A DNA stretch of 64,000 nucleotides from Klebsormidium nitens. Taxonomy: Eukaryota > Plantae > Klebsormidiophyceae. The stretch spans positions 142,513 to 206,512 of the forward strand of contig DF236992.1 of assembly GCA_000708835.1 (NCBI GenBank), given 5' to 3'. This document shows, piece by piece, positions 23,829-36,840 of this stretch. A program made the translations under genes and the position numbers. Within the stretch, counting starts at the first letter, position 1. Each line of letters begins with the position of its first letter. Below the pieces are notes generated by a model. That model saw nothing but the letters and a program-made list of their open reading frames with translations. It did not search any database and was not told the DNA's origin.

Positions 23829-26800
23829 ATGGCACGCTTTGGCCCCAAAATGATCATCACGCTCACGCTCCTCGCAATGCTGGGCGTCACCTCAGCTCAG
23901 GAGCCACTGGCAGCTCCCAGCCCTTCGGACGCCCCTTCAGCTCCTGCGGACGCCCCTTCAGCTCCTGCGGACGCTCCTTCAGCTCCTTTGGACGCCCCTG
24001 CTCCCATTGTGGCTGCCGCCACCCCTGCGGACGCCCCTGCTCCCATGGTGGCCGCCGCCAACCCTGCGGACGCCCCTGCGCCTATGTCCGCTGCCACTCC
24101 TGCGGACGCCCCAAACCCACTCCTCATTTCAGCAACGCCTCCCGAGGCTGCTCCTCCCGCCACTGTCCCAACCACTGCGCCCCGCTCCATCGGCATCTCG
24201 CCGAGCTCCCCTGTGGCGTCAGCAGCTGCCGCGACCTCCGCTCCCTTCACTGGTCCTGTCCCTGTCGCCACTCCAAGCACCACTCTGCCTCCACAATGCA
24301 GCGGGCCGTCAACGTCGTACCTTACGGCAAACAGCAGCACAGTCAATTGGTGAGCTCCTCAGAGGCCGGCTATGGGATGCCTCTGAGGTTGTGGATGGTG
24401 GCACTCGGATTGAGAGGCTGGGAGAATCAGGATTTGTGCAAGCTTGGGGTTTGGTAGCTCCACTTTTTGACACCCAAGAAGTCTCCAATTGCCTACCTCC
24501 ACAATGAGGAACGTCAGCAAGCTCGCCAGCTTCTTGGCAGGAAACTGTCCATGCATGCATGTTCCAGTTCAGCAACATTTACATTATCAAGTGTGATTGT
24601 GATTTCTTTGAACCAATAGTCATGATTGTGACCCCTTTTCTGTAAGGACTGAGGACTTTCACTCTCCCCCACCAGATCATAGCAAATCAATGAAATTGCA
24701 CTTCAGGAGACTGACAGCTGTTCTTTCATGCTGTAGGGGCTTCTACGATCTGTTCAAGGATCCGGTGGCGTACATCCAGTCTGGTGATGTTATCACTGTT
24801 GAGGTGGTGACACACGAGGCAGGCAATGACTGGGCCAAGATGATCCAGGTGAAACCACCAAGCTCAATACATTCAGCATTCTGGAGCTGGAACAAATTAT
24901 GACATTTTGAGGGGTTGCAGTGCATACAGAAGTGAGATACATGAGTTTACCAGTTAGTCCCTTCAGCTGCTACCAGCTCCTCAAACTTTGTCTCAATGTG
25001 CCAGCTTCAGATGACACTGATCTGCTAAACTTGTCGCAAGACAAAGACTTTTAGAAAGTCACACACTGTGCTCCTGGTCGCAAGTATCAGGGCTTCACAT
25101 CGTCTAGCGTCCTTGAGTTGTTCAACATCTATTTTCATGAGTAGTCAAGGCTTCTCAAGCGGTCGGATTTTGTTTGAGAATTATTACTTTTGCTTACTCT
25201 TTTGATTTTTTCAGGGGGATCCTGGTGTGAGTGACATCTATTACTGGGCAACAGGCACCCCCATTACCACCAAGAATGTTCCAAAGTATCCAGGGTCTGG
25301 CTCGCACGTTGTGACGGGGTAAGACGGTGCCTTCATCTTTGAGGCAACATGTCGTTTGGTCCAACTTGGGGTTTTGACAATCTCGAGAATGTATGTTGAA
25401 CCAATGTGGACTTGTCTGTCTCTGCAAACATCCAAGCTTTCTATGGATGGAAGTGATTAAAGGATCAGCCCAAGAATGCATGGACAAAATAAAGGAACCA
25501 TGACAGCTCAAGAAGCCATGGCACAATTCAGAGAAACAAGTCGATCTTCCAAAGCTCAGCAACAGGTTATCAAAGTCGTAAACTCGCCACTTGTCAGAGC
25601 GCTGACAAACATATCGCCCCTGGTAAGTGCAGCCTCTTAGCCAACTTCTTTCTTATGCAGGCCCATCTATGTGTGCGGTGCACAGCCTGGAGATGTGTTG
25701 CAGGTAAGGATGAGCCTGCCAGGACCGCAACTACAAGCACCAAGAGAAGTGCAACTACAATTTGCATAACCTTCCAACTATTTGCTGGATGACAACGGGT
25801 TTGCAATCCAGCTGCTCTTCGTTGGCCTCTACTCCTCCTCAGCACGGACCTTGAAAAAGCTTTGGGCCTAATCAGGTCTTCGCAATCGAATTCCTCTTTC
25901 CTCTGGCTATGAATCTCCATAATTACAATAGATAACCTTCTTCTAACACCAATGATCAGGCCCGAGCAGACTTTTGAGCACCGGACGAAAGCTGCTTGTC
26001 ATGTCAGCTCTACCAAAGTTGGACTGCCAAAGGGAGCTTACAATTCACCACTTCTCTCTTGCGTATAGGTGGAGATCCTGTCCGTCAAGCCTCGAGTCAA
26101 CCCAGCGAGCGGCAAAACGTATGGAGCCAACAGACAGGCATTTTTTGGGTGAGGCTTACGAACGTCCTGTTATTGTCTTCAACTGTAGCGGTCTGCATTC
26201 CATCATCGACCCGCATACTGAGAATGTTTTCGTGGCCTTTCCAAGAAATCACTCCTTTGAAGGCTCCTACTAGCCCCCTCATTTACACGAGACCCTCCAC
26301 AAAGGTAACCATTTCGCTCCAGGGAGGTAACTTCTTCTGCTTCACAAAGGGGTCTCTCTCGTTCCTAAATGTTGTTTCTTTTCGCTCAAAACGGCAGCTT
26401 TTTGTGTGTCTCTTCAATTCAGGTAGCGTAAGCTCTAGGTATAGTAAGCGCATACCCTAACACTGAAAACCTTACCCTCAAAAACCGTACCCACCCTAAA
26501 ACCCCAAACTAACCCCACCCGTCTCAGGCTGCTTGGCTTACTTTACCTAAAGCTTATTTTTCCTGAATCAAAGTTTTATGCTTTTTTCACGCCGTGTGCA
26601 GTTACCAAGCTCGGGCTGGTCACAGGGACGGCAGCGCCTGGAACAACTCCATCATTACAATCTACGACATATCAGAGGATAAGGACGGCATGTGGTAAGT
26701 GCGTCCTTGCCACGTGGTCGAAGACTCGAGTAAAGGTGATGATAAGCCACGAAAACAGAAAGCTCCGACTGACACTGAATCCCGGACCCAGAAAGCACCC

Positions 26801-29800
26801 GCTCTGCACCCTACCCACCCTTACCCCCAAACTAACCCCACCCGTCCCAATGCGGTTACCTTGTTCTCATCTTCAGCTAGCTTATTAGCTTTCTTTATAT
26901 GAAATTGATTTGAAAAGCCCTAATGCTTTCCGCAGCGTTTGCTTTTCCCCGGCGTTTCGCAGCTGCTTTTGCATGCGGATATAGGTGTCGCACAGAGATG
27001 AGTCCTCCTTCTTCGATATCAAAGGGTCTCCGCTCGAATATCCATCGACTGACGGCACGACGTCTCTCCGTTCCAGGGCACTCCCCGTCTACCAATTCGA
27101 GGTTCCCAAGATGCTTGATCCCAATGGTGGCGGCAACCTTGCGTTGCAGAACATCAACAACGGAGTGGTAGTGCCGCACCCCGTCAAGTGAGTGCGTGAA
27201 ACAAGCTCCAAAGATTCGTTGCTTCCTTGCAGGCCGTTTTTCGAGGCTGACAGGAATGACATAACCTTCATATCCTTCAATCAGATATTAAGGATTCACA
27301 TTTTCAGGGGTCGTTGGGAGTTCAAGAGACAATGCAAGGACGCAATCGGACCCGATATTAGTATGTCTAGACAGGACTCTACCCATCCTTGGGTTCTCTT
27401 TTGCCAAACCGCGGAAGTCCCTCTGTTCCGAGGGGTAGTGCGCACTTCGTGCGCACTCTATTTTGATTAACGTGATGCTGATGATTGTTTCAAGAACAAC
27501 ATAAGCAACAGCGGAACTCTTCCTTGAGCTTGTCGAATTGGGCCTTCCTTGCAGCTACGGGATCAACAACAACGAGGCGCTCACCCTCCCGTATCCTGCG
27601 GGCTTCCAAACCACGCTGGTGAGTGCCAATATCAAGAGAAAGACCTTTTCTGATCCTCGTTTGACACGTGTCTGATCCTAATTGCCGTGTCTCATGCATT
27701 TCAGACCGGGGGACTCGTCGAGGCGCCGGCACTTTGACGAGTGCAGCAGCTGCATAAGCCGACCTTCGGAGGGAGGTGTTGCCTTATAGAACTTGCCGGT
27801 GCGAATTGTTGAAGAGAAAACGCACCTTTCGTCAAGCGAATCGCGAGGGGCTGTCTTCTGCTTGATTACTAGGAAGAAAGGCTGAAGCTGAGGATCTCAC
27901 GAGCTCATGATCTGTCTTCTTCGGCGTGCAGAATCAGAGCACGCCCATCAATTACCTGACGGATCCGCTCAACTACCGCATCCCGCTGCGGCCACACTTG
28001 GGTATCATGGGTGAGAGGCGCACTCCTAAACCCCTTTGGATGATCAAAACCATTTTATAACGAAGTCGATTACTAGTAGATGCTCCCGTTTCAGGTTCGT
28101 TCGCAGAAGTCCCCCGCTAGGGATCGACGCAGAAGAAGGATCATTTCTTGTAAATGGTGCTTCATTCTGGTCAGAATTCGTAATGGTGAGAGTTGCATAC
28201 TCGAGTTCGAATAGTGGATCCTCGCGTTACAAATTCGTTCACTTCAGTTCCCTGCTAGGAATCGACGCAGAAGAAGGATTCCATCATTTCTTGTGAATGG
28301 TGCTTCATTCTGGTCAAAAGAATAAATGTGACAGTTGGCCGTCTGAATTTCGCTGCAGGAGTGATGCCGGCTAACGGCCAAAACTACCTGACTGGAGCGC
28401 CGAATGGAACCAGGGGCGCATCTGCTGTGCCCCCCAGTCGATTTGGAGGGAACATCGACGTGAGCCCAAACACACAGACGGAGAAGCTCGCTCAGCTTGT
28501 TGTTCATCTTCTTGCCCCTCGATCCTGCTTGCGCACGAAATTCGTTGCAAGCATCCAGCCCTCGAATCTGCAGTGCTTCTGTTTGCAAATCGACAAGCGA
28601 CAAGCGCTTAAGAGACGTTCGTGTTTTGAATAGTCTATGAAATGTAATAAAGGTTTGACGATTTTGTCAAAGGCTGAAACGAAAGCTGAAGACATGTTTA
28701 GCGTTTTTGATAGTCTGTGGAATGTAACAAAGGTTCCGAGGATTTCGTCAAATGCTGTGGGCTAAAAAGAAAGCGTTGCGACTTGTCCAGGACTGGCGTA
28801 TTGGACCAGGCACCACCATGTATTACAGTAAGGCTATTTGAGAGCTTGATGCGCCAGCAAGTTTCTTGACGCTTGTCCCAAATGTTGCACTGCCATGCTT
28901 CATTCAAGGAATGCGCTGGGGACGCTTGATCTGGATGTCTCTTAACGACCAGCCCGCGAGTGGCCATTTCGATCGAATAACTTTTCGATGATCATTTCTT
29001 AGTCATTCGAGGCGCTTTGAGGTTTGGTAGAAAACAGTTCGGTCGGAAACGTCGATCGATCAATTGGGGCAGCTCCCCACCTGAACCCAGCTCCACGTCC
29101 TTTGAATGGTTCGCATCCATTGCCCTCTGCCAAGCGCAAACGCGGATCCGGAACGGCTGCTGGCGACGTCGCTGGGTAGTTAAGGCGAGAGAGTCGTCGC
29201 CGCCTTTCCGACCCATTGCCTTAACACGGTTTATCCAGTTGCCAGAAAGAAGGACGTTTATGTCGAATCGCGTGAAACGTGCGTGCTAACTGTTCGTTTC
29301 TTGCGCAGCCGTTGAAACCGACGGAGCGAGGCTCGTCATGGCGGACACACACGCCGCCCAGGTGAGCCACCTGTCCTTCTCTTAAAGTTCTCACGGCAGC
29401 CACGTGTCCTTCTCCCATCGCTCTCTACTAGAGCCAAGTCTCAAAAGGCCTGTTCGCGGGTCCATAAGCAGACTCGCCCGTGCAACACGGGTGTAGTCAA
29501 GCCTAAACTTGAACGGCGTGTTCGACGTCTTCAACTTCTCGTCCCTGTGCTCGCGCGCTGCTGCATCATTCTCGTGCGCGCGCACTCCTTTAGGGCGACA
29601 GCGAGCTTCAGGGCACCGCGAAATCCAACCGTCCCGCTCGCGCGCTTTTGCATTATTAACGCGCGAACGCACTCCTGCAGGGCGACAGCGAGCTCCAGGG
29701 CACCGCAATCGAAACGTCTTTCGACGTGACCGTCCAAGTGAGCACTCTCAAGGCGGCCGACCTTCCGGATGCGGTGCAAGGGCTCAGCTTCCCGCTGCTC

Positions 29801-31251
29801 GAGACGCCAGATGAATACATCGTCCACGGGTGAGCTCGTCTTTCAAACGTTCAGTTTCTCGAGAGAAGAGATCTTCATAAGGGCTGAGAGAAGGCAATAA
29901 AGACTGCCACTTTTCGGCCGGATTTGAGCCCTCGGTCGGGGTGTCTTAAGCACTGTTCCAAAGGAATGGATTGATACTGCCGGTTACGAAACGAGTTCCC
30001 AGAAAGGCAGGCGTTTTGACGGTCGGACGCACCTCTAAGTGTTAGGCGGTTGCTTTCGACGTAAGTCCCATCGTCTCCGTCTTGTGCAGTCTATTTTGAT
30101 GGACAGTTCGGCTGCTGACCAGGCTGATTCTTGATTCTGGTCTCAGGTTGTTGGACAAATAACCGGGCTTCAGCCTTGTTTCAAAGCTGGTCACCCCCCA
30201 ACCCTAGTTATTGGAGAATAATCACTTCTTAACCAGACATAGCCAGCACATAACCATCCCTGGTTAAAGGCCAATGAGTTCCGTAAACGATCTATTTCGT
30301 GCAGGTATACGTACCAGAACTACCTGGACAATCTGACGGTCCCCAGCACCATCACTGTTGCGGGTGCGGACTTGAACGGGGCTTTTGCGGGCGCGTATAA
30401 CAAGTCACGTGACTTTCTCATGGACGTCTTCGGACTGTCCGAAAACGTGGCACTCTCGATCATCACCACGTCCGTAGACTACAGCGTCTCCCAGGTGGTC
30501 GACAGCAACTGGTAAGCTGGTCAAGGTCAAGGTTTTAAGGTTAAGGTTAAGTTGAAGGTTCCGCGTCGACCGGAGACTGCTTAGGCTCACTAGCTCCGCA
30601 TCTTTGGTCCGCATACAGTTTTGAACAGTACCGCTCTAGCTGTACCGGGTCTGTACCTTGCAGACCATGTGATCGATCGAAGCGTCCTCATTGGTCCTGA
30701 GGACCGGAGATGAGCGCTCACCCATTTGATCGATGCGGAAACTATTACGGCCACGTGTCACCACCTTATCAAGCACGTGCTCGCTTCGACAGACTGAGTC
30801 CAGTGAATCCTGGACGAGCTGTCACAAGTCCAAATTTTGAGCAAATGAAAGTTCTGAGCAGATGAAAATAAAAAACTTCAATCTTTCCACTGGCATATAT
30901 CTCTTGGCCCTTCCTGCCGGCTGCTGTGTCGCTTCCTTCTTCTCCGAGCACCCCAAGCTTCCAGCACTGCTTCTCGACCCACCGATAGGCGTTGTTTTGT
31001 CGAGGAGAAGGTTTGCGGCTGAACTCTGGACCGTTCTTTGCATGAGCAGGGGGGTTCACGCTGCAATCAAGAAAAACGTTTTCTCCCAGTCCGTGGGGAA
31101 CCGCAAGCTGCTCGAGTTTTATGCGGACACGCATGGAATCACGCGTACGTCCACGTCATTCATGGACACCGCGCGTCGCCAGGCCGAGCTGCGGACGGCC
31201 GCGGCGGCCCGCAAGTGGTCTCTCGAGAAGCTGTTGAAACGGTTCTTCTGA
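23829..31251 (+). CDS. Secreted acetamidase/formamidase-family protein with N-terminal Ala/Pro/Ser/Thr-rich AGP-like region (15 exons, 651 aa)
   Basis: Exons 23829-24349, 24737-24848, 25215-25318, 25661-25703, 26069-26148, 26602-26694, 27077-27187, 27555-27618, 27932-28010, 28359-28459, 28791-28827, 29309-29361, 29681-29829, 30305-30511, 31050-31251; 1956 nt, one frame. Motifs HVVTGPIYVCGAQPGDVLQVEIL, IPLRPHLGIMGV, PPSRFGGNIDDWRIGPG, DTHAAQGDSELQGTAIE, SQVVDSNWGVHA. Signal peptide MARF...VTSAQ. Confidence 0.88.
23925..24110 (+). repeat. Coding tandem repeats (21-bp DAPSAPA x3-4; 39-45-bp PADAPAP..AAA units)
   Basis: gacgccccttcagctcctgcg repeats and cctgcggacgcccctgc repeats inside exon 1 of the acetamidase gene. 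Confidence 0.85.
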
Positions 31252-33174
31252 GCAGACTGTTTGCTCACCGGCGAAGTCTTGCTTCTCAGACTGTATTTAA
31301 GCATCCGACATTGCCAAGCGACTGTACTTCAAAGGCTATAAGGTTAAGCGGCTGGAATCAAGATCACGCGTAGTTGAAAACAAGATGCGCGCGGGTTGTG
31401 CACGCAAGTCAAAGGCTCGGGACATTCTTCGAGTCAGCTGCCTTACATTTTGGATCACGGCGTACTAAATCGGATGCATAGCCGCGCCAGGCTAGGTAGT
31501 GATTAAGGCGCTCGAGAAATAGTCGTGGCCTTGCGTGATGCGGATAAAGAAGCACCAAGGACTCACGCCCTTCAAAAGGTTGCGGAAACACGGGTACAAG
31601 TTAAGCATACGCACACAGTAAGCAACGCGTCATGGATGCGCATGTGCCAGCACGGCCTCAAGCATGGGCTGCGCCTGAAGTCGATCCTAGCCAATGTCAA
31701 TAAGCTAAGTTTCAATGAGTAGCACGGCGAGCTGGAGCAGGGTCATATGTCGGATCGGTTCGGATCATTCTGATCAGACATTACCGTGCACCCGCGGCAA
31801 AACTGCGTAGTATGTTTCAGCAGAACATGTAACCACTGCACTGAATGAAAACGTCTTGCCTCTTGCAAGTGGAGCCTGCGCCTAAATCATGTTCTCTGCC
31901 TGCGCTCTTATTTGCAATATATTGATACGTGTGAGTCAATTAATGCATGATCATTCGCTCAGTTTGTTCAAGAGCCGTATACCCGTGAGAATTCAAGCTC
32001 GACATTGAGAATCCAAGCTGAGTGACAATGATTGCGCTTGCTATATGACGAGTTTCACTTGTTGAGTCACAGTGCCGCAGTGCCTTGATCACGAGATATT
32101 TACAAGGATATAGACAGCAACACGTGATCGTGGCCCAAGCATACACCCCGCATTGATTGACCGACTGGTACGGCATGAAACGCGGATGCAATTGCTGTTT
32201 GAGAAATCACTGCCAACACGCCCCGGCCATGGCACTTTGTAGTGTCAAACGTAAACCTCGAGGCACCAAGTCTTTCTTCGGAGGAAAGTCAAGAGCTATT
32301 CAAACCGCGAAGGCCGATGCGGATCTGATAGATGCTTCAAAGGTTGATCAGGATCATTTATGTCAATCTCCACCAACACTAAAGCATCACAACTATGCAC
32401 GAAGGCTTTTACAGTGGTCTTGCCACAATTGTACGGCCGAGCACAGCCATTGAAGGACAGAATTCATGCCTGAATGTCAGAAGCAGGCGCAGCTCGCCAA
32501 CAACTCATCCCTGCAAGTCATGCACAACAGCACATCAGATGACAGGTAGGCAAGCAAGCAAGCTCGAAGAAAACTGTCTTCACCAAACGGGCGAGATCCT
32601 CACTTTCGTGTGGGCTTTTTGAGTTCAGCCCATAATAGTGCAAGTTTGCAGCCAGAACAACGACTTTGCTCAAAGTCACGCTCGTTCTAGACGCAGGCCA
32701 GGCGGTTCCAATCGGCCACCCAAAGTGATCGCTATCGAGATAATGCAGGAGTACTTCGAACAGGTAATCGATCAGTTGAGCGCATCCCGGACACCTCACC
32801 TTTTTAGCATGGCAGATGTTGGTGTAGATGATCGAGTTCTCGGCCCAAGTGCTGACGACGCACAAGCCTATTCCTGCAATGTCGCCGTGCTTGTTCGATC
32901 CGTCTCCACCAGGTCTGGGCTATCCACCCTCATCCATTTGCCTGTCCCTCATTTATCAGAACTCGGGCTTGCAGGTCATTACCCGAACTGCCTATACTTT
33001 GCCTATACTCAAGGGCGCGACTCTTCCCTCCTTCCGCCACGGGCAACTGCCGAACAATTTCTGCAGGCATCAGCTCGCACTGTCTCCTCTACCATTGCGC
33101 AGCCTGGAAAGAGCTAAAACAAGACGCGCCCACTCCGCTCAGCTGAACCAATTCCCTCTTTGCTGTGCTTTCAA

Positions 33175-36100
33175 CTACTGCGACTCGTCCCCTTCGTCCT
33201 CGTCCTCCTGGGAGCTCTCTTCGAGGATCTGCTTCAGCTCCCGCGCTCGGTGCCGAGTCAGCTCCACACAGTCCTGCAGGGAGCGGTACACATGTCGTTC
33301 TTAAACGCATCTTACTCAATTTCGGATGGCAGACTTGAAATCGCACAAGCTACCAGCAATTAGTTGGTGTTCAGAGAGGCACAAACGGTGCGGTGCGCAC
33401 GTCCTACTTGAGACATCAGCTTATCAATCTATATGTTCAACCAAAGACTGGACCTTCACGGTTTTCGAGAAATAAAAGGGGCTCGGTGCGTGAGTGCGGT
33501 CGTCGTCAACGGACGCCAAACTCCTGCTAGACGATCATCAGAAGAAACGTCGAGCACACAAGTGCCGATTGAATACTCGGTTGCCAATTCGGGGTTAAGA
33601 GTAAAGGCGTTTCCAGGTCAGAGGTTAGGCAACTGACACCCGTTCGTCCATTTCGAGTTCGCAAAATTACGAGATTGCCAGGTACCACTGTTTGCATGAG
33701 ACTCCATCTCAGGCAAGCCCGTGCCGAGGTACATAAGATGCCAAGCGACGGGCTGCTTCAAACGAGTCCTTGAGCATTACGACAAGAATTTGATATAGAC
33801 GATCTTCCAATCTGTTCGAGCCCTTGCCTCACCTGTATTAGCGCTGTGGTGACTGCCGTGATCCCCCCAGGCTTGAACAGCGAGATCAGTCTGCCCGCCT
33901 CGTCCAGTATCGTTGTCACGGTGCTCTCTAGCAGCGCTTCCTCCTCCGCCGTGGGGTCAACGATCAGGTGTCTGCTCCAAAACGAGAAAAGCAGCAAGTC
34001 GTTTACTTGATGTTCTAGAGGAGTCTTCCCGGTCGAAGGGCTGTTTGCAGGTGAGGGGAGGCCTACAGGTCTGACCTTTCGGAAAAGCCGAGGTACTCGC
34101 TAACGTCAGCCACATGGTTTGAAGCCAGATAGAGCTTTGCGTCCTCTTTCTCGTCAAGGAAAGAGGAACTTTAAGATTCGATCAAACGGGTCAAGACTGA
34201 CCAGCACAGTGACAACAACCGCCACCCAGAACTCGAAGTCGAAACTTTAGTCTTGCCCTTTCGCAACGAGACGCTCACCCTTTGTAGAGGCCAATCGTTG
34301 CAGCCCAGGGCATGGCCCCAAGCGTGAGCTTCCGCCGCTCGACGGTGACGACCTCCGAGGATGCGTCCCCGTTCTCCCGCAAGTTGCCTCCTTGAGCCCC
34401 CGACAGCACGGGTAGCACGTGGCCCTCTGGATTCACCCGGACGGGCGGAAGGGTCACTGCAAACAAAAGGTATGGAACATCTTCAAAACCAGCAGCAGAA
34501 GGAAGCGCAGGCCCAGAGAAGGCTTCGTAAAGACGGACAGAAGGATTGAATTTGGGGTCGGGGGCCTTCTCAGGGCTAGCTTCAAGGGTGCCGCATCTCC
34601 GTCCCGCAGTGATTTGCTTGCCAAAGCGAAACGCGTATGAGAACGGAGTTTTATCTCGACCAGGCTGCTCCGGCTGTCACAGGCGAAGGGTAGCGACTTG
34701 AGGTGAACAGCGACTCCATGAAGACGATGCAGACATTCAGTAGGTAGAATGGAAGGGGAAGATACTGAGTGCACTCACAGTCTGCAAAGGCTGCAACCGC
34801 AGCAAGAAGGGCTGCGTCCAGAAGAGAACCATCAGCGTCCAGGCAGTAGATGTCCTGCAGCGCAATGTGAGATGTCGGTGCACGGAAAGGACAATGGACA
34901 CTTGCCCAAGCGTGATTAGAGCTAAAGTGGAGGATGAAGGCGTCCTCAGACAAAGTGCAGGAAACTTTCAGTCATAGAGAGGGACCCTTGCAGAAGCGAC
35001 TGTATGTAATGATATGTAACCCAGGCGAAAGTTGAGGAAGCGAAGTCAAGATGCAGTGGCAATCATCTCAGGCACTGTTCGCATGAACCGTCAAACATCC
35101 CGTTTTCTTGTTATCGGCAGCGTCTTGCGGTCTCTAAGCACTGTGCGCATGAAACCGTCAAACTTCCCGTTCTCCTGTTATCAGCAGCATCTTGCGGTCA
35201 TGAAAAGCAGGAACTTGATCTTACAGGTGCACTAACGGCCAACCAGGCTGCTTAATGGTTGATCGAACAGCTACTTTTGCTTTTAGAGACTCCTCAATTT
35301 ACAAAGTAGGCAACCTTTCAAAGCCTTACCAAGTACGCAACCCAGGCAGCCTTTCCGGTAGATATCAGCAGCTCTTTCGTGTTGACCAGTCCGGCACTGC
35401 AGAATGGAGCAACAGTTGAGATCACTGATAGGGATGGGAAAGAAGGTTTGCATCTGACACTTATGAGTCTTGCAGTCGTCTGGGCAAGCTATGGTCTAGA
35501 GAGAAAGTGGAAACATAACGAGAATACTAAGACAACTTCAGAGAACTCTTCTGAACTTCACATTAGTTCTTGTTATCTATCTCAAAGTGTTTTATTTAGG
35601 GCACAGATCCATTCAATGATCGCAAAAGCCTGACTTCTATATCCACCCAGCGTGGAATCGATCAACAGCACCCAAAAAGCTCCAAATATTACACATCATG
35701 GCAAACAGTAGTCCGCTTGGCCCAAGCATCACATCCAGATTAAGACTACAACCACCCTGTGAAGGCCTTGACAAAACCGGTACCTTTCAATTGCATTCAT
35801 AACCTGCTGCACCACCACGCTTGTCTCCTCCAGCCGCCTCTCGGGCCTTGCATCCGGGGAGCAGAGAGGGGGCATCTCAAAGGTGGCCGCTGCAGGGCAC
35901 AGGCAGGTGGCATGATCTAGAATCCGTACGTCGTAGCTGAGAGCTGCCGGGGACATGTGCTGCTGTATGCACTATGTGCTTCTTGACGAGATGCTACAAG
36001 TGCTATAAGTGCTATAAGTGCTCCTGTACTTGTGATTGTGCGCTGGCACCAGGAGATGCAACGATTCAAAATGCGTTATTTCCTGATGGTGTTGGTTTCA

Positions 36101-36840
36101 ACCCATGAGGGGCCGAGGCTCAAGGCAAGAGCGGAAGCATGGGAGAGACCACTGTAAGTACCGCGACCACCAAGCCCTGCCACCAGCCAAGAGTGGTGTT
36201 GCTTTAAGATTCTGATCCATCACGCCAGCACTTTGATGTGTTCAGACAAGTGTTCAAGGATCATAAACTTGCGCTGTATCATAAGAATGTGGACGAGCAA
36301 CATTGGAGCTGAGCCTCACCAATTTTCCCAGCATCTGGCGCCTCAGCGGTAGGAGTCATGACTTCAAGCTTGATCCCAGCCAGCAATGTCTGCACACATC
36401 AATGCGAATGTTTGCAGTTGGTGGACACATTAGTGAGGAACGTTTGTAGTTGGTGGTAGAGTTTGAAACCAGCATTGTCTGCCACTTTGGGATACAAGAA
36501 ACGAAAAGGCAACGCATCTTTCTCACGCTTACAAGGCTGCATTGCAGAGTGATGGGCTGGTGGCACAAAGTAGAGAATGTGCTCAGAATCCGTGTGAAGG
36601 TTCTGCATCCCAATGATCACCAAAAACAGGCCTTCAAATGAGTGATCAAATACTTACGGTTGAGCCAATCTTGACCAGAGCAGACCCATCCGCTGTCGAA
36701 ACCGCCCCAAATCCAATGGTTGTACTCCTTGCCCTTCCCAGGGGCCTTCCGTCTGGTCTTGTGCCTTCTGACAAGAAGCGCTGGAAGTACTCCTCTGGAT
36801 AAATTCTTTTGAAAGCTTCTGCTTCCAATTGTGAGTCCAT
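33175..36840 (-). CDS. RRP43: Exosome complex component RRP43 (EXOSC8), RNase PH family (8 exons, 305 aa)
   Basis: Exons 36840-36658, 36389-36320, 35889-35784, 35396-35330, 34854-34779, 34456-34279, 33971-33833, 33273-33175. Motifs RPDGR, STADGSALVKIGST, MPPLCSP, GKAAWVAYLDIYCLDADGSLLDAALLAAVAAF, LIVDPTAEEE. Confidence 0.93.
35071..35205. repeat. Intronic tandem duplication (about 67 bp x2) in RRP43 intron 4
   Basis: gcactgttcgcatgaaccgtcaaacatcccgttttcttgttatcggcagcgtcttgcggtc followed by gcactgtgcgcatgaaaccgtcaaacttcccgttctcctgttatcagcagcatcttgcggtc. Confidence 0.8.

Noticed and set aside
23897-24507. Antisense and alternative-frame ORFs over the AP-rich region
   Set aside because: Low-complexity shadows of acetamidase exon 1.
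26455-26520. Telomere-like CCCTAA(A) motifs in an intron
   Set aside because: Degenerate, non-tandem, and coincident with the branch-point and pyrimidine region. Not an interstitial telomere array.
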